From: an uncultured bacterium
GTDB lineage: Bacteria; Bacillota_I; Bacilli_A; RFN20; CAG-826
Length of the DNA stretch: 64,000 nucleotides
NCBI GenBank assembly: GCA_949299395.1
Contig: CASGAB010000001.1
Coordinates: 8,365-72,364 of the forward strand
Direction: 5' to 3'
Numbering within the stretch: position 1 is the first letter of the stretch; each line of letters opens with the position of its first letter. Below, piece by piece: positions 18,918-29,379 of the stretch. The notes under the pieces are model-generated. The model was not told where the DNA came from. It saw only the letters and a program-made list of their open reading frames with translations, and did not search any database. Made by a program: the position numbers and the translations under genes.

Positions 18918-20126
18918 TTAATCATTTTTTCCTTCATTATTATCGATATTTTCTAAATTTTGATTAATAACAATATTTTCATCTTTTTTAAAAGAATTTG
19001 TTCTTTCTTCAATTTGCGCCATTAATTTTTCTTCAGTTTCACGATTTAAGAACCAAACACTATTCTTTGTGTCGATTACTTTTGTTAAAGAAATTAAATC
19101 ACTTAAAGAAGTATGATTCTTAGTAAAAATTATTAATGCAAAATCAATTAAATAGAATAATCCTAAAGAAAAATAACCTGCAAAAGCTTCAGCACTAATA
19201 AATAAATATTTAGTTAATATCTGTAATTTAGATACTTGATAATCTTTATTATTCACTAATGCTAAATGCATCATTCTATTAGATATAGTTTGACCATTTT
19301 TTGATAATAACGGTATTATCAAAAAATAGATTATTAGAGCTATTCCTAAAGATACATATAAAGAGTATCTACCAACTCTTTCTAATTCAGTATAAATAGA
19401 ATAATAATTATCTGTATCTCTTAAATAAAAACATGCTTGATGATAACTTCCTGGATAAGATTCAGTATCTGCAAAAATTCTAATATATGCTCTTATATAA
19501 TTTTGATTTTCTGGTGAAGAAAATGGTTTATTTGGGTTTTTTTCATAGATAACACTGCTATAAGTAACTTTATCTAAAATACCAATATTAGAAGAAACAA
19601 CTTCTCCTTTTTCATCAAATGTTAATGGATCACTATATTTATCACCATTAATGATATAAAAAGCTTCAAAATTAGGATATTCTTCGTTATCAATGTTACA
19701 AACATTTTTATAAAACCAAGCATTAAGCTCTTCTTTTGTTGGATCTTTTTCAAAAATAATGCCATAAGAATCAATTTCATCTAAATAAACATAATAAAAG
19801 TTATAAAGCATTTTTAAAAAGACCATGTGAGAGTCTTCATAAGTAAAATAACCATTTTCATCAGTTAGTTTTTCTGCCGAAATATAATTAACTTCACTTA
19901 AAGGTGGTTGACCTAGCTTTGTATCATCAAAAAATAATCCACTATCAACTTGAATTTGTTTAATTTCATTTAATTTTTGAGGAATACGAAAACCATAATC
20001 GATATATCCTTCAACAGTTGGAAGATAAGTAATTGCAACTAAAAAAAGGATAAATAATAAATCTAATAAAAATCCAAAAGCTCTTTTTCCTAAAGAACCA
20101 AGATGAATATCACTAATCTTCTCCAT
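18918..20126 (-). CDS. RDD family membrane protein (4th of 4)
   Basis: GKRAFGFLLD...GQTISNRMMHLALV...SLSDLISLTKV; large loop containing VDSGL. Confidence 0.8.
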   Translation of the reverse strand: MEKISDIHLGSLGKRAFGFLLDLLFILFLVAITYLPTVEGYIDYGFRIPQKLNEIKQIQVDSGLFFDDTKLGQPPLSEVNYISAEKLTDENGYFTYEDSHMVFLKMLYNFYYVYLDEIDSYGIIFEKDPTKEELNAWFYKNVCNIDNEEYPNFEAFYIINGDKYSDPLTFDEKGEVVSSNIGILDKVTYSSVIYEKNPNKPFSSPENQNYIRAYIRIFADTESYPGSYHQACFYLRDTDNYYSIYTELERVGRYSLYVSLGIALIIYFLIIPLLSKNGQTISNRMMHLALVNNKDYQVSKLQILTKYLFISAEAFAGYFSLGLFYLIDFALIIFTKNHTSLSDLISLTKVIDTKNSVWFLNRETEEKLMAQIEERTNSFKKDENIVINQNLENIDNNEGKND

Positions 20127-21108
20127 TTTCTTGATCTGCCTCTAATTCTTCTAAATTTTCATAGATTGTTGATTCTTTCGTGTTACAAACTCTAGAAAAA
20201 GAAATTAAATCTAAAATCGATGCATTTTCTCTATTCATTAAAGTTGCTAACCAGTTAAAAAGGAAGAAAGCTCCATAAATTGGTGCAAGAACAAAGATAT
20301 TATCTTCAATCAAAATGATACAAAGTAAAATAATTGTTGGAATATTTCTAATTAAAAAGAAATATCTTTTTTGATAAATTCCATCTTTTGAAACTAAACC
20401 AACCTTTGTTAAGAATCTTCCTAAAGTAAATCCATATTTATTAGTAAGTGGAGGAATTGCAAAAACTAAAACATAAGGGATGATTGCAGAACAAAAAATA
20501 CGATAAACTCCCTTATTTATAACGCTTTCTCTAGCTATCGAATAAAAATTATCTTTATATAAATCAGAATAAATTTCTCGGTAATGGCGAGAATAAAAAA
20601 CCATTAAATTATTTTTTGCTTCAATTGTTAAAGTTCCGTTTTCACGATCATTCTCGGTATAATTCTCTTCTTTTAAAATACCTAATTTATTTTCATCGAT
20701 ATTATTATTTTCATCGTATTGATATTCAAAATAGGTGTAATCGGTGCCTAATTCTAAGATTTTTGTATTATATTCTTTAATTGTATAAGGTTTTCTATCT
20801 CCACTATTTTCTTTATAAAATTCACTACCAAAATATTTATCGGTTAAATAATATGTTTCAACTACTTCTTTATAATCTTCATAATCACTTGAATGTAATT
20901 GTTGATAATATCCATTTTTATCTTTAACTAATAACCCACTTTCTACTTGAGCAGTAGCAATTAAATTATCTTCGGCTTGAGAATCAAAAGTATATCTAAA
21001 AACAAAAGATGATAAAACAAAAAACAAGACTCCAAAAAGGAAGAAATCAATTAAGACTCCTAAGAAACGGAATGACATTTTTGAATAAGCTACTTTTTTG
21101 TTGATCAT
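20113..21108 (-). CDS. RDD family membrane protein (3rd of 4)
   Basis: FRFLGVLID...GFTLGRFLTKVGLV...SILDLISFSRV; loop containing VESGL. Confidence 0.8.
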   Translation of the reverse strand: MINKKVAYSKMSFRFLGVLIDFFLFGVLFFVLSSFVFRYTFDSQAEDNLIATAQVESGLLVKDKNGYYQQLHSSDYEDYKEVVETYYLTDKYFGSEFYKENSGDRKPYTIKEYNTKILELGTDYTYFEYQYDENNNIDENKLGILKEENYTENDRENGTLTIEAKNNLMVFYSRHYREIYSDLYKDNFYSIARESVINKGVYRIFCSAIIPYVLVFAIPPLTNKYGFTLGRFLTKVGLVSKDGIYQKRYFFLIRNIPTIILLCIILIEDNIFVLAPIYGAFFLFNWLATLMNRENASILDLISFSRVCNTKESTIYENLEELEADQENGED

Positions 21109-21152
21109 AACTTTTAAACGAATATTACTTTAACATAAAATTATTAATTTTA

Positions 21153-22109
21153 TTAATTACTATTTTTCTTCTTTTCAAAATAATATTCTTCATAATCTAA
21201 ATAAAACTTATTACTTTCATTCATCAAAGAATAAGTTTTAGACATATATTCATTAAAATTCTGTTTGTTTTTAGATATAAACATCATTCCAACACTAAAA
21301 ATAAACGGAATTCCAATAGTAAAAATAGATAGAATAACTTCAATTAAAAAGAACCATAAAAACTTAATAAAAAAATCTTTTTTAGTTAAACATAATCCTT
21401 TTTCATTTAAAGACCCAAATCTAAATATTAGTTTTCCTAAACTTTTATTTCCTCTTTTAAAAATAAGTGGAAATAAAAGATAGAAAACTAATATTGAAAC
21501 TATAAATGAGATTAAAACTATTAGAAGTTGAACAATAAAAATATTAATACTTTCTTTTAAATAAATAGAAGATTGAGTTAAATAAGCTAATGCATTGTTA
21601 TCAATTAAATAAGTATAAAATTTAATAAAATCACCATCTAAAACGTCTTCTTTTTCAATATAAATGTTATTTTCTTTATCAAAAACAAAATAATCTAAAC
21701 CATATTCTTCAATAAATGAATTTAAAATATCTCTTCCTTCGTTTTCTTTTTCGCTATATGAATTAAGTTCGATATAAAAATAATTAGCTCTCTCACTTAA
21801 TTCTTTCTTTTTAACTTCATTAGTTAAGTCTTTATTATCTAAGGAATAATATGAAGAAATCGCAATTAAATCACTATTTTGTTTAACAAAAAGTTTAGAT
21901 TCTAAGCAAACATTTTCAATATTATTAATCGAAGTTTTATAAAAACTGGTTTCTTGATAAACAAGAAGAGATAATAAAACTAAGATAATTGTTAAAAGAA
22001 TTGTCGAAAAAAGATCGATTAATCCAGCAAAAAATCTCTTATATAAAGGGACTTCCTGATAACTTAATTCAATAGTATTGTTATTTTTTTCCAAAACTTC
22101 TTGATTCAT
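21153..22109 (-). CDS. RDD family membrane protein (2nd of 4)
   Basis: YKRFFAGLID...KSLGKLIFRFG...QNFNEYMSKT. Confidence 0.8.
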   Translation of the reverse strand: MNQEVLEKNNNTIELSYQEVPLYKRFFAGLIDLFSTILLTIILVLLSLLVYQETSFYKTSINNIENVCLESKLFVKQNSDLIAISSYYSLDNKDLTNEVKKKELSERANYFYIELNSYSEKENEGRDILNSFIEEYGLDYFVFDKENNIYIEKEDVLDGDFIKFYTYLIDNNALAYLTQSSIYLKESINIFIVQLLIVLISFIVSILVFYLLFPLIFKRGNKSLGKLIFRFGSLNEKGLCLTKKDFFIKFLWFFLIEVILSIFTIGIPFIFSVGMMFISKNKQNFNEYMSKTYSLMNESNKFYLDYEEYYFEKKKNSN

Positions 22110-22124
22110 AGAAATAATTATAAA

Positions 22125-23324
22125 TTATTTTTTTTCTTTCTCGGTTTCTTTGTCTTCGATAATAAAATCTTCACCATTTTTAATTTCTTCATTAGAAACA
22201 AGATTTAAAAGGGATAATCTTTTTTTAGTAAATGGAATTGTAACCATATTAAATAATACGAGAATTATCGAGAAAATTGATACATTCAATATGCTAAATA
22301 AGCCAATAAATAGCATCTGACTATATGAAGGGAAGAATAAAAGAGTAAAAATTAGAGAGACGAAAAGACCTGATAAAAATAACAAAGAAAATTTAGCTAA
22401 ATAATTTAAAAAAGTAAGATTTTTGTTAGTTCTTCGATTATTTCCAACAATTTTAAACATTTTCATCATAAATGTTTGATCTTTTTTAAATATTAAAATA
22501 GGTAAACCAAAATATATTAAGAAAGAAAAAACATAAGAAATAATCATTTCAATAATTAAATAATTGTAATAATCATAATTTAATTGTTCAAAAGCTACAA
22601 AATTAGGGAAATAATTTTTATCATTTGTCTCAAAATCTTTGATAAGTGAATAATAAAAATTAAGATAATCATCATAATATTCATTATAAAGATCTGTATA
22701 ATCGGTCGAATAATCTTCTTCAAAAACATATTTTGCTAAATCTAAAGCAACTTCTTCTTTTAAAACAAATCTTCCTGTTTCGAAGTAATTTTCCTTATAA
22801 TAATCAGCTAAAAATTGATTAAAAGAATTAACAATTCTCTCATTGCTTAAACTTTCATTATCATCTAAAAGGTTGTCTAAGCGATATTCAAAAACATAAT
22901 AATTGATATTTTCTTCGCTATATTCATTAAAAACTTCATAATTTTCATGAATTGAGCCTTTGAAATCATAATTTATATCAGCTAAATAGGTTTTTAAAGA
23001 TCTTCTAACTTCTTTATAAACAACACCGTTTAAACTTAAGAGTTCTTTATCTTCGTTCATCTCTAAAAGACCAGAATCTACCCCGTTTTGATATAATTCA
23101 CTTCTTTTTTCGTTAATTTTAATAATTTTATCATTTACAACAGATACTAAATTACCTAAAGGATAGGCGATTACTCCATTAATAAGTGAAAAAAATATAA
23201 AAAATAATGCTAAATCTAATAAAAAGACTAAAAATCTTTTACCTAATTTAGTTTTTGAATTTTTTGAATAATCTATATCTTTGTTATTAATATTTTTTTT
23301 AGATATTGAAAAAATATTTTTCAT
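22125..23324 (-). CDS. RDD family membrane protein (1st of 4)
   Basis: GKRFLVFLLD...QTFMMKMFKI...SLLNLVSN; loop containing VDSGL. Confidence 0.75.
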   Translation of the reverse strand: MKNIFSISKKNINNKDIDYSKNSKTKLGKRFLVFLLDLALFFIFFSLINGVIAYPLGNLVSVVNDKIIKINEKRSELYQNGVDSGLLEMNEDKELLSLNGVVYKEVRRSLKTYLADINYDFKGSIHENYEVFNEYSEENINYYVFEYRLDNLLDDNESLSNERIVNSFNQFLADYYKENYFETGRFVLKEEVALDLAKYVFEEDYSTDYTDLYNEYYDDYLNFYYSLIKDFETNDKNYFPNFVAFEQLNYDYYNYLIIEMIISYVFSFLIYFGLPILIFKKDQTFMMKMFKIVGNNRRTNKNLTFLNYLAKFSLLFLSGLFVSLIFTLLFFPSYSQMLFIGLFSILNVSIFSIILVLFNMVTIPFTKKRLSLLNLVSNEEIKNGEDFIIEDKETEKEKK

Positions 23325-23327
23325 TTT

Positions 23328-24626
23328 TTAATCAAGTTTATTAAGCCGCTCACCAATTTCTTTATAATCATCAATCCAAATAGTAATTAAATCATAACTA
23401 AAGAAATAATTTGTAACGTCTCTAAAAGTATTTGAATCAAAATTATCTTCTTTTTTCATAAAAATGAAATTAAATTTTAAGAAATTAGATGCTAATTCTA
23501 ATAATCTTTTCATATTTGGATCGGTTAAAGAAATTCCAATAAAAATATTCGTTTTAAAGATGAAATCGTGTAATTGTTTAGCGATATTCCAAGAATATGG
23601 ATTATTATAAAGATAATAATATTCACTTTCATTAAATATTAATGAATCTGTAAACTTTTCTTCATTATATTTATCAAAAGGAAGTAAACCATGAACATGA
23701 TAAATATCTACTTTTGCATCTTTAATTAAAAAAGCATTATCATCATAAACCGTGTTATATAAAATACCTCTTTTTTTAAGGATATATTCTAAATTTGTAT
23801 CGTAATTATATGTAATTACAGTAGTTTTATTATGTTTATCAATAAAATTAGTTAATTCATATAAGGTTGAAGAAGGATCTGTAAAATCAACATAATCTTT
23901 AAATAAATATAATTCTTTATTTAATTCTTTATAAGTATCAAATCCATTAGTTTTTAAAATTTTTGAAGATACAAAAAGTTCATTACCAACATAATGTCTA
24001 ATTTCTTCAATTCTTTCTTCATTTCCTTCATAAAATCTTTCATTTAGAGCCGAAATTAAATTTTTCCAATCTTTAGCACCGTAATTTACATTCATTCCTG
24101 CTCCTAAAATTAAGGAAGTATCAAGTTTATAGGTAAAAAGTTTAAGTAAATAAAGAATAAAAGAATCTTCATTTTCTTCTTTTTTATCTAAATTTAATAA
24201 ATATAAAAGTTCATCTTTAAATATTGAACTACCTTCTTTTTTAAGAGTATATCTAATCTTTTTACCTTCAATAAAACCAATTGCTAAAAAATTATTTTCA
24301 TCAAAATAAATATTTAAAGATGATAAAGGAATATATGGGTCAAAAGTTTTTAAGTTCTTAATTTTAAAGAAATTAACATTACCCATAACATCAATTTCTT
24401 CTAAATTAACTTTAAAAATCGAATTATAAATATGAACGACATATTTATGAATATGATCATGAGAAGAATTAACAACAACTTTAAAATTACATTTTGGATC
24501 AAAATGGAATCCAAAAGAACGAAAAACGATGTTTTTATAGCTAACTCCATTTAAATAATATAAATAAAGTAAAATTAATAAACATTTCTTATTAAATATA
24601 TAGTTCTCGCGATCTTTTTTTCTCAT
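23328..24626 (-). CDS. SIR2-like (SIR2_2) domain protein with unknown N-terminal domain
   Basis: LILGAG...W..L, ITYNYDTNLE, IYHVHG, LIFNESEY and FIGISLTDPNMKRLL motifs in the C-terminal 260 aa or so. Confidence 0.85.
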   Translation of the reverse strand: MRKKDRENYIFNKKCLLILLYLYYLNGVSYKNIVFRSFGFHFDPKCNFKVVVNSSHDHIHKYVVHIYNSIFKVNLEEIDVMGNVNFFKIKNLKTFDPYIPLSSLNIYFDENNFLAIGFIEGKKIRYTLKKEGSSIFKDELLYLLNLDKKEENEDSFILYLLKLFTYKLDTSLILGAGMNVNYGAKDWKNLISALNERFYEGNEERIEEIRHYVGNELFVSSKILKTNGFDTYKELNKELYLFKDYVDFTDPSSTLYELTNFIDKHNKTTVITYNYDTNLEYILKKRGILYNTVYDDNAFLIKDAKVDIYHVHGLLPFDKYNEEKFTDSLIFNESEYYYLYNNPYSWNIAKQLHDFIFKTNIFIGISLTDPNMKRLLELASNFLKFNFIFMKKEDNFDSNTFRDVTNYFFSYDLITIWIDDYKEIGERLNKLD

Positions 24627-24736
24627 AAATATTACCTAAAATATTTTATCAAGAATTAAAGACTATTTCTTTATATTAATTAAGATTCTCTTTTTAAAAG
24701 ATTTAAAAAATAATAAATAGAAAATAAAATATAAGC

Positions 24737-25699
24737 ATGAGATATTTATTATTTAAAATGATTTTTAAAAATATTTGGGAAAAAGCAGATGAAGGTGACC
24801 GTAAAATCAAAGATAATGAGATAAAACCTGAAGGAATTATTAAAAAAGAATATGAAATTCTTTTTCCTAAAAACACTAAGGTTAAATATAAAAGCGATTC
24901 TTTAAAATTTAATATTTATTACAACGAAGAAATCAAAGATCGCCCAGTAATTTTAGATATCCATGGTGGTGGATGGGCTTATGGAAATAAAGATTTAAAT
25001 GATAATTTTTGTTATCACCTTGCTAAAGAAGGTTTTAACGTCGTTTCTTTATCTTATACTCTTGCTTTTAAGGCTCGTTTAATTAATCAACTTCAAGAAA
25101 TTCATTTTTTAGTAAATCATTTAAAAACTAATGAAACAAAATATAATCTTTTAATGGATGATTTCTTCCTTACCGGAGATAGTGCTGGAGGAGAATTATC
25201 ATTTTTATATACTGCAATTATCGTAAATAACTATAAATATGGAGATATTTATAAAATTCATAATAAAAATAATATCGAAATTAAAGGAATCGCCCTAAAT
25301 CATGCTACTTGTTATTTAAAAGATTTAGGAGGACTTCCAGGACATAAAATTATTTCTCATATTTGTGAAGTTGGGGCTAAAAAAATGCTATATGGATCAT
25401 TTGGGAAATTTAAAAAATATTATAATAAAACTGATCCAAATGAGATTTTCCCTACCTCAAATACCTTCCCTCCAATCTTAATTTTAACTAGTAGAGGAGA
25501 TAAGCTTTACAGTTTCCAATCAATTTTATTAAATGATGATTGTAATCTTTATAATATTCCTCATAAATTCATTAATTTAGATAATGAAAAAGCAATTCAT
25601 GTTTTTAACGTTTTATATCCTGATTTAGAAGATTCAATCTATTTCAATACTTCAATTACGAATTATTTCAAAGAAATATTAGAAAAAGGTGGCGAGTAA
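24737..25699 (+). CDS. HSL-family alpha/beta hydrolase (esterase/lipase)
   Basis: HGGG oxyanion motif, GDSAGG nucleophile elbow, C-terminal HVF. Confidence 0.88.
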   Translation: MRYLLFKMIFKNIWEKADEGDRKIKDNEIKPEGIIKKEYEILFPKNTKVKYKSDSLKFNIYYNEEIKDRPVILDIHGGGWAYGNKDLNDNFCYHLAKEGFNVVSLSYTLAFKARLINQLQEIHFLVNHLKTNETKYNLLMDDFFLTGDSAGGELSFLYTAIIVNNYKYGDIYKIHNKNNIEIKGIALNHATCYLKDLGGLPGHKIISHICEVGAKKMLYGSFGKFKKYYNKTDPNEIFPTSNTFPPILILTSRGDKLYSFQSILLNDDCNLYNIPHKFINLDNEKAIHVFNVLYPDLEDSIYFNTSITNYFKEILEKGGE

Positions 25700-25700
25700 A

Positions 25701-26624
25701 CTACCTTTTAAGTTGACTAACTACTTCTGTTTCACCAATATAACAATTTGAATAATGATTATCACTTATTTCATATAAAGCTGGAACATAGCGATAATAT
25801 GTATTTTTTAATTCAGTTTCTTTATTTTTAATATTTTCTTCAATAAATCTTTTAAAATCTTTTGATGATGTTGCTTCTTCTGCAAGTTTAAATTTAGCTC
25901 TATTTTCTTTACCTTCTTCACTTAAAGAAGATTTCATATCAAATACAAATATAGGAACTTCTTTATTTTTTTCACTTAAAAGATAAGAAATAATTTCACC
26001 CTTAATCTTTAAACAGTATGGGCAAGTTTCAAAATAGATATAAACATAATATTTTTTATAATCTTGAAGATAAAAATTATCTAAATTATCAAGTAAAGCA
26101 CCTGGAATATCTTTATAACTTCTTGAATCTAAAGTTGTTTCAAGTAAATATTTAGCTGGTTCAATTCCTCCAGCAATAAAATCATTTAAAACACCTTGAT
26201 TAATAATATATAAAGATGGAACTACGTTAATTATCGTATCTTTTAAGGTTGAAACTTTTTTACTTAACATCTCATTTCTTGTTTCATCAACACTTAAAAC
26301 TCGATCATCATAAACTGCACCTTCTTCTTTTAAACGAACGGTATTATAAATATAGATTTTAAAATTCTTGTTTCCTTTTTTATATTCATTTAAATGATTT
26401 AAAACTACATTTTTATTTTCATTACAAGCATCACAATCAACTCGATATAAATAAATTCCATAGACTTCTTCTTTTTGAAGATAAAAATCATTAATTGACT
26501 CTAAATAACAATCTTTAAAAGAAGGGTAATCTAAAGAAGGATCTAACTCAAAATGAGGTAAAGATCCACAACTTGTAATAAAAATAGTTAAAAATAATAT
26601 TAAAGCTTTAAAAAACTTTTTCAT
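25701..26624 (-). CDS. Lipoprotein with two thioredoxin-like domains
   Basis: Lipobox ITSC; CDAC...VPSL and CPYC...VPAL repeats. Start taken at MKKFF (26624). Confidence 0.75.
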   Translation of the reverse strand: MKKFFKALILFLTIFITSCGSLPHFELDPSLDYPSFKDCYLESINDFYLQKEEVYGIYLYRVDCDACNENKNVVLNHLNEYKKGNKNFKIYIYNTVRLKEEGAVYDDRVLSVDETRNEMLSKKVSTLKDTIINVVPSLYIINQGVLNDFIAGGIEPAKYLLETTLDSRSYKDIPGALLDNLDNFYLQDYKKYYVYIYFETCPYCLKIKGEIISYLLSEKNKEVPIFVFDMKSSLSEEGKENRAKFKLAEEATSSKDFKRFIEENIKNKETELKNTYYRYVPALYEISDNHYSNCYIGETEVVSQLKR

Positions 26625-26694
26625 TCTCAAAATTATATCTTATTTTTATTTTTATTTAATAAATAAAATAGAAGAAATTTGCTATAATTTAGCC

Positions 26695-28335
26695 ATGCAA
26701 AAAGAATTCAAAAAAGCAAAATTATCAATTTTACCTCCACTTTTAGCTTTCATACTTATCTTGATATTTTTTGCTTTAAATTTATATGGTTTATATAAAG
26801 AATATTTACTAGTTAATTTAATAGTTGAAATATTTTTAGGAATTGCCTTAATTATTCCTTTATTTTTTATATTTAGTTTTCTTTTAACACCTTCTAAACC
26901 TTTATGGTTAGATGATAATTATTTAGAAGTAAGAATTTTAAATAAGAAAATAACTTTAAAATACGATGATATTTTTACTGTTTATCATGGTGGTGAAACT
27001 GTTTTAACTGCCTCTATTTTTGTTATTTATTTAAAAGATGGAAGAAAAATAAAAATTAAATATCTTAAAGAAGGAAGACTCGCTTCAATGATTATTTATT
27101 CTAAACTTGATCATAACTTCTTTATTGACAAAGTAAATTTAATTCATAAGTTTTTTATTAGAATTTTTAATCTTTTAACTTCCTTCTTTGAAAGATTTTT
27201 AGGTTATAAACCTCCTAAAAAGTTAGAAAAAATAGAAGAAATTGTTCAAAAATATAAAGAAAAAGGTATAAAAAAAGTTTTTATCGTTAAATATAATCAT
27301 TTAGATTTAAAACTTATTGATAAAATCTTTGAAAATTCAGATATTTCTTACTTTGTTTTTGATAAAAGCATTCCAAACCCAACTAATGAAATAGTTTTAG
27401 AGGCAAAAAATAAATATATCGAAAATAATTGTGATGCTATTTTAGCAATTGGTGGAGGAAGCGTTATTGATTTAGCAAAAGCTCTTGGAGTTAGTATCAA
27501 TAACAATAAATCTTTGGATAATTATGCTGGTTTATTAAAAGTTAAAAAGAAAACACCTCTTTTAATTGCGATTCCTACTACTCCAGCAAGTGGAAGCGAA
27601 GTAACTTGGGCAAGTGTTATTGTTTTTGGTAATAAAAAGTGTTCGATTACTTCTCCAAAAATTATTCCTTCATATTTTTATGTTGGTGAAGAATTTATTT
27701 CTTCTTTATCAAAGGAAAATTTAATTAATAGTGTAATGGATGCATTAACTCACGCTATTGAAGCTTATTTAAATGTTTTCAAAAACAAAAAATATGATGT
27801 TTATGCTGTTTCTGCAATAAAACTTATCTATGAAAATTTAGAAAACGCGATTGAAAATAACGACATTAATGCGAAACTTGCTTTATTTGATGCATCTTCT
27901 ATAGCTGGACTTGCTTTTTCTATTAAGGGTGTAGGAAATGTTCACGCTTTATCTCATGCTCTTTCTTATAAATATAATCTTCCACACGCTAAAACTAACG
28001 GTATTATCTTACCAACTGTTTTAAAAACATATATTTATAATAAAAACGCACGCAAAAAGATGGCTTTTTTAGCTAAAGATTTAAATATTTCTAAAGAAAG
28101 TTCTTCATATAACCAAGCAAAAGATTTCATAAATTATATTGATTTATTAGTTAAAAAATATAAACTCGATGTTAATATTAAAGAAATTCAAAAAGATGAT
28201 ATTAACTTTTTAGCAAAACATGCTAAAAAAGAAGCCGTTCCACTATACGGAACACCAATTTTATATTCAAAATATATGTATTCATACATGTTTTTAAATT
28301 TATTTAGTTATTATAAAAAGAAGGAGAAAAAATAA
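26695..28335 (+). CDS. Iron-containing alcohol dehydrogenase fused to an N-terminal membrane/PH-like domain
   Basis: GGGSVIDLAK, IPTT..SGSEVT, DALTHAIEAY, HALSH motifs; first 140 aa or so carry 2 TM helices plus a beta-rich segment. Confidence 0.8.
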   Translation: MQKEFKKAKLSILPPLLAFILILIFFALNLYGLYKEYLLVNLIVEIFLGIALIIPLFFIFSFLLTPSKPLWLDDNYLEVRILNKKITLKYDDIFTVYHGGETVLTASIFVIYLKDGRKIKIKYLKEGRLASMIIYSKLDHNFFIDKVNLIHKFFIRIFNLLTSFFERFLGYKPPKKLEKIEEIVQKYKEKGIKKVFIVKYNHLDLKLIDKIFENSDISYFVFDKSIPNPTNEIVLEAKNKYIENNCDAILAIGGGSVIDLAKALGVSINNNKSLDNYAGLLKVKKKTPLLIAIPTTPASGSEVTWASVIVFGNKKCSITSPKIIPSYFYVGEEFISSLSKENLINSVMDALTHAIEAYLNVFKNKKYDVYAVSAIKLIYENLENAIENNDINAKLALFDASSIAGLAFSIKGVGNVHALSHALSYKYNLPHAKTNGIILPTVLKTYIYNKNARKKMAFLAKDLNISKESSSYNQAKDFINYIDLLVKKYKLDVNIKEIQKDDINFLAKHAKKEAVPLYGTPILYSKYMYSYMFLNLFSYYKKKEKK

Positions 28336-28339
28336 GATT

Positions 28340-29362
28340 ATGGAACAAAAAGAATTAAAAGAAGGTCGTTTACTCGATTATGATGGTAACTTATATGAAG
28401 CTGGTTATAGCACTTCTTTAATTAAAAAATATAAAAGAAAAGATATTGTTGGATTAAAAACTAGAATTAAGGAATGGGATTATTACGCAATTAATTTTAG
28501 TGATTTTATGCTTTGTTTTACTATTTCTGATTGCTCAATGTTCTCCCTTATTTCTGCTTCTTTAATCGATTTAACTAAAAAAACATTTAAAACTAAATCT
28601 AAATTACAATTCTTTACTTTTGGTAAGCTTAATCTTCCTTCAACTAGTGAAATTGGTGATACAATCTATAATTCGAAAGACTTCAAATTATCTTTTATAA
28701 ATAATGGAACAAGTAGAGAAATTAAAGCTTCGATTAAAAACTTTAAAGATAATAAAGATTTAGAAGCGGATATTATTCTATCTTCTTCCTCTAATAAATC
28801 GATGGTTATCGCTACTCCTTTTAAAAAGAAAAGACATTTTTACTATAATCAAAAGATCAATAACCTTATTGCAAATGGTTACTATAAACTTGGTGATAAA
28901 TTATATTCAATTAAAGATGGTTTAGCAGTTTTAGATTGGGGAAGAGGAGTATGGACTTATTCAAATACCTGGTATTGGGCTTCCACTTCCACAAAAGATA
29001 AAGATGGTTATAAAGGCTTTAATTTAGGATATGGCTTTGGAGATACTTCTTCTAGTAGTGAAAATATGCTCTTTTTAAATAAAGAAGCTTATAAACTTAA
29101 TGATGTTAAGTTTTATTTTAAAAAGAAAAACGGAAGAGAAGATTTTAACGCTCCTATTAAAGTAGTTAGTGAATCTAAAGATATTAATCTAACGTTTACT
29201 CCTATTATTGACCGTCATGAAGATACTAACTTTTTAATCTTAGCATCATTTCAACATCAAATATTTGGTAAATTTAACGGCACTATTAAAACAAGCGATA
29301 ATAAAATAATCGAATTTAATGATAGTATTGGATTCTTAGAAAAAGTAAAAAATAGATGGTAG
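28340..29362 (+). CDS. DUF2804 family protein
   Basis: RIKEWDYY, FYYNQKIN, VLDWGRGVWTY..TWYW, FNLGYGFGDTS and HQIFGKF motifs. Confidence 0.8.
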   Translation: MEQKELKEGRLLDYDGNLYEAGYSTSLIKKYKRKDIVGLKTRIKEWDYYAINFSDFMLCFTISDCSMFSLISASLIDLTKKTFKTKSKLQFFTFGKLNLPSTSEIGDTIYNSKDFKLSFINNGTSREIKASIKNFKDNKDLEADIILSSSSNKSMVIATPFKKKRHFYYNQKINNLIANGYYKLGDKLYSIKDGLAVLDWGRGVWTYSNTWYWASTSTKDKDGYKGFNLGYGFGDTSSSSENMLFLNKEAYKLNDVKFYFKKKNGREDFNAPIKVVSESKDINLTFTPIIDRHEDTNFLILASFQHQIFGKFNGTIKTSDNKIIEFNDSIGFLEKVKNRW

Positions 29363-29379
29363 CAAGCCATCTATTTTTT
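29347..29379. terminator. Bidirectional terminator
   Basis: AAAAAATAGATGG-N6-CCATCTATTTTTT between convergent genes. Confidence 0.75.
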
